Source: Lepidodermella squamata (Eukaryota; Animalia; Gastrotricha). Taken from it: a DNA stretch of 64,000 bases. This document shows, in pieces, positions 63,001 to 64,000 of the stretch. The notes under the pieces were generated by a model, which worked only from the letters and a program-made list of their open reading frames with translations, was not told the DNA's origin and made no database searches. The position numbers were made by a program, and so were the translations under genes. Where the stretch lies: NCBI GenBank assembly GCA_047495785.1, contig JBLDXI010000063.1, forward strand, positions 186,001-250,000, read 5' to 3'. The stretch's first letter is position 1. Every line of letters begins with the position of its first letter.

Positions 63001-64000
63001 TTGCTTTCAAAGTTTGCCACAACCTGGTGAAAGTTTTGATTTGCTTCGAGATATCGAATCAGACCCCTTGTAAACTTGTCAACTGCGATTGCTGTTCTTC
63101 TCACGCCTTTCTCAATCACGAAAAGTCACTAATTCTCGCTGGATTTGAATAACACGAGTGTGAGAATTTCATGGAGCCGAGCCACTACATGTCGAAAAAA
63201 TTCCAGAGAACGGTCAGATTTCGACGAATTCAATCAAGTGCAGAAAACTTGGCAATTTGAACCGTTTTTCTATCAGCTACGTTGTTACTAGGTAAAACAT
63301 GCTTCTAAAATCGCTTATTGATGGGTATCCACGGTGTTGAAGACTATGACATACAAAAATAAGGGTGATGGTTCATGGAATGACTTGAGATAGAATGACC
63401 ATGATGTGTAACATGAGATACCAGAATCTAGTTTTTTTCACAAGCATATCGCAAGTCGTGGACTTACTTGGAGACGCCGGCATTCATGTCGTGGCGGAAG
63501 CGCTTCAGGTGGATGCACAGCAGCTCGGGCAGGCCGAGCAGTTCGGCGTAGCGCACGCCGTTGCGCAGCTTCTCGCACTTGTCGCAGCTGTACATGTCGT
63601 CGCCTTTCAGCTCGTCGGCGGCGAAGAACGCGGCGAGGCAGTCGGCGAGCGTCGGCTGGTTGCCACTGCCGCTGCCATTGCCATTGCCACCGCTGCTGCC
63701 GGGCGCCCACGACGGCAGCCACGATTTCAGCCACGACATCCAAGTCGACGACGACGACGAGTGAGATGCCGAGTGCGACGATGGAATGACGATGGGGTAG
63801 CGCATGCCGCTCGTGCCGTCGATCGACTGCGCCCGCCGCAGCACCTGCAAGTCGGCGTGGCCTGGGATGGGTAGGGACAGGTCTTGGAAGCGCTCGCGCG
63901 TCGTCGACACGTTGCCGCACGTCAGGCATTTCACGCACGAGCGAATCTGCCCGTCGAACAGCGCCGAGATTATCGACTCGAGGCGAGCTGGTGCAGGCGA
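60038..64000 (-). CDS. USP20/USP33-like ubiquitin-specific protease, 3' part
   Basis: Exons >64000-63468, 62880-62490, 62419-61660, 60651-60038. Motifs FQDLSLPIPG, FFAADELKGDDMYSCDKC, LCIHLKRFRH, His box GHYTALC, WFEYDD, AYVLFYRR, then two DUSP-like domains (PGPISNYDFLCEHG; PPGPIDN..YGGGPEL). Confidence 0.92.
60718..61299. mobile_element. 582-bp Tc1/mariner-superfamily (Tc2/pogo-like) MITE in a USP intron
   Basis: TIR CCGTATATTCCGTA(T/A)TAGCTTCA (23 bp, 1 mismatch) flanked by TA on both sides; no ORF. Confidence 0.88.

Overview
Eukaryotic (invertebrate animal-like) genomic DNA with no visible CpG depletion, GC-rich exons and many very short (48-61 bp) GT-AG introns. Positions 1-26139 are a head-to-tail tandem array of a 3558-bp unit. 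Each unit carries 20 different Pol III tRNA genes: one for each of 19 amino acids, Ser twice, Met absent. Order and strand: Val-AAC+, His-GTG-, Ser-GCT+, Asp-GTC-, Gly-GCC-, Ser-CGA-, Phe-GAA+, Tyr-GTA-(intron), Ile-AAT-, Thr-AGT-, Ala-AGC-, Trp-CCA-, Pro-AGG-, Gln-TTG-, Glu-CTC+, Leu-AAG+, Asn-GTT-, Cys-GCA-, Arg-ACG+, Lys-CTT+. Units 3-6 are 4312 bp because each carries the same 750-bp MITE just upstream of tRNA-Asn. A further partial copy of the cassette lies at 47002-49979, and its Asn gene has a TTT (Lys) anticodon. By my count there are about 146 complete tRNA genes in the window. tRNAs are listed once at unit-1 coordinates; other copies are at these offsets: Val to Asn +3558, +7116, +11428, +15740, +20052 (Val to Ala also +24364, +48142; Leu and Asn also +44584); Cys, Arg, Lys +3558, +7870, +12182, +16494, +20806, +44584. 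Protein genes: an intronless multi-TM ORF (possibly PIG-F-like), CEP162, a type I diacylglycerol kinase, an HSPA12-like Hsp70, a small secreted pro-peptide, a GPI-anchored Ly6/three-finger protein, and the 3' part of a USP20/33-like deubiquitinase with a Tc2/pogo-like MITE in an intron. The short ORFs called over the arrays are artefacts of tRNA, spacer and MITE sequence.
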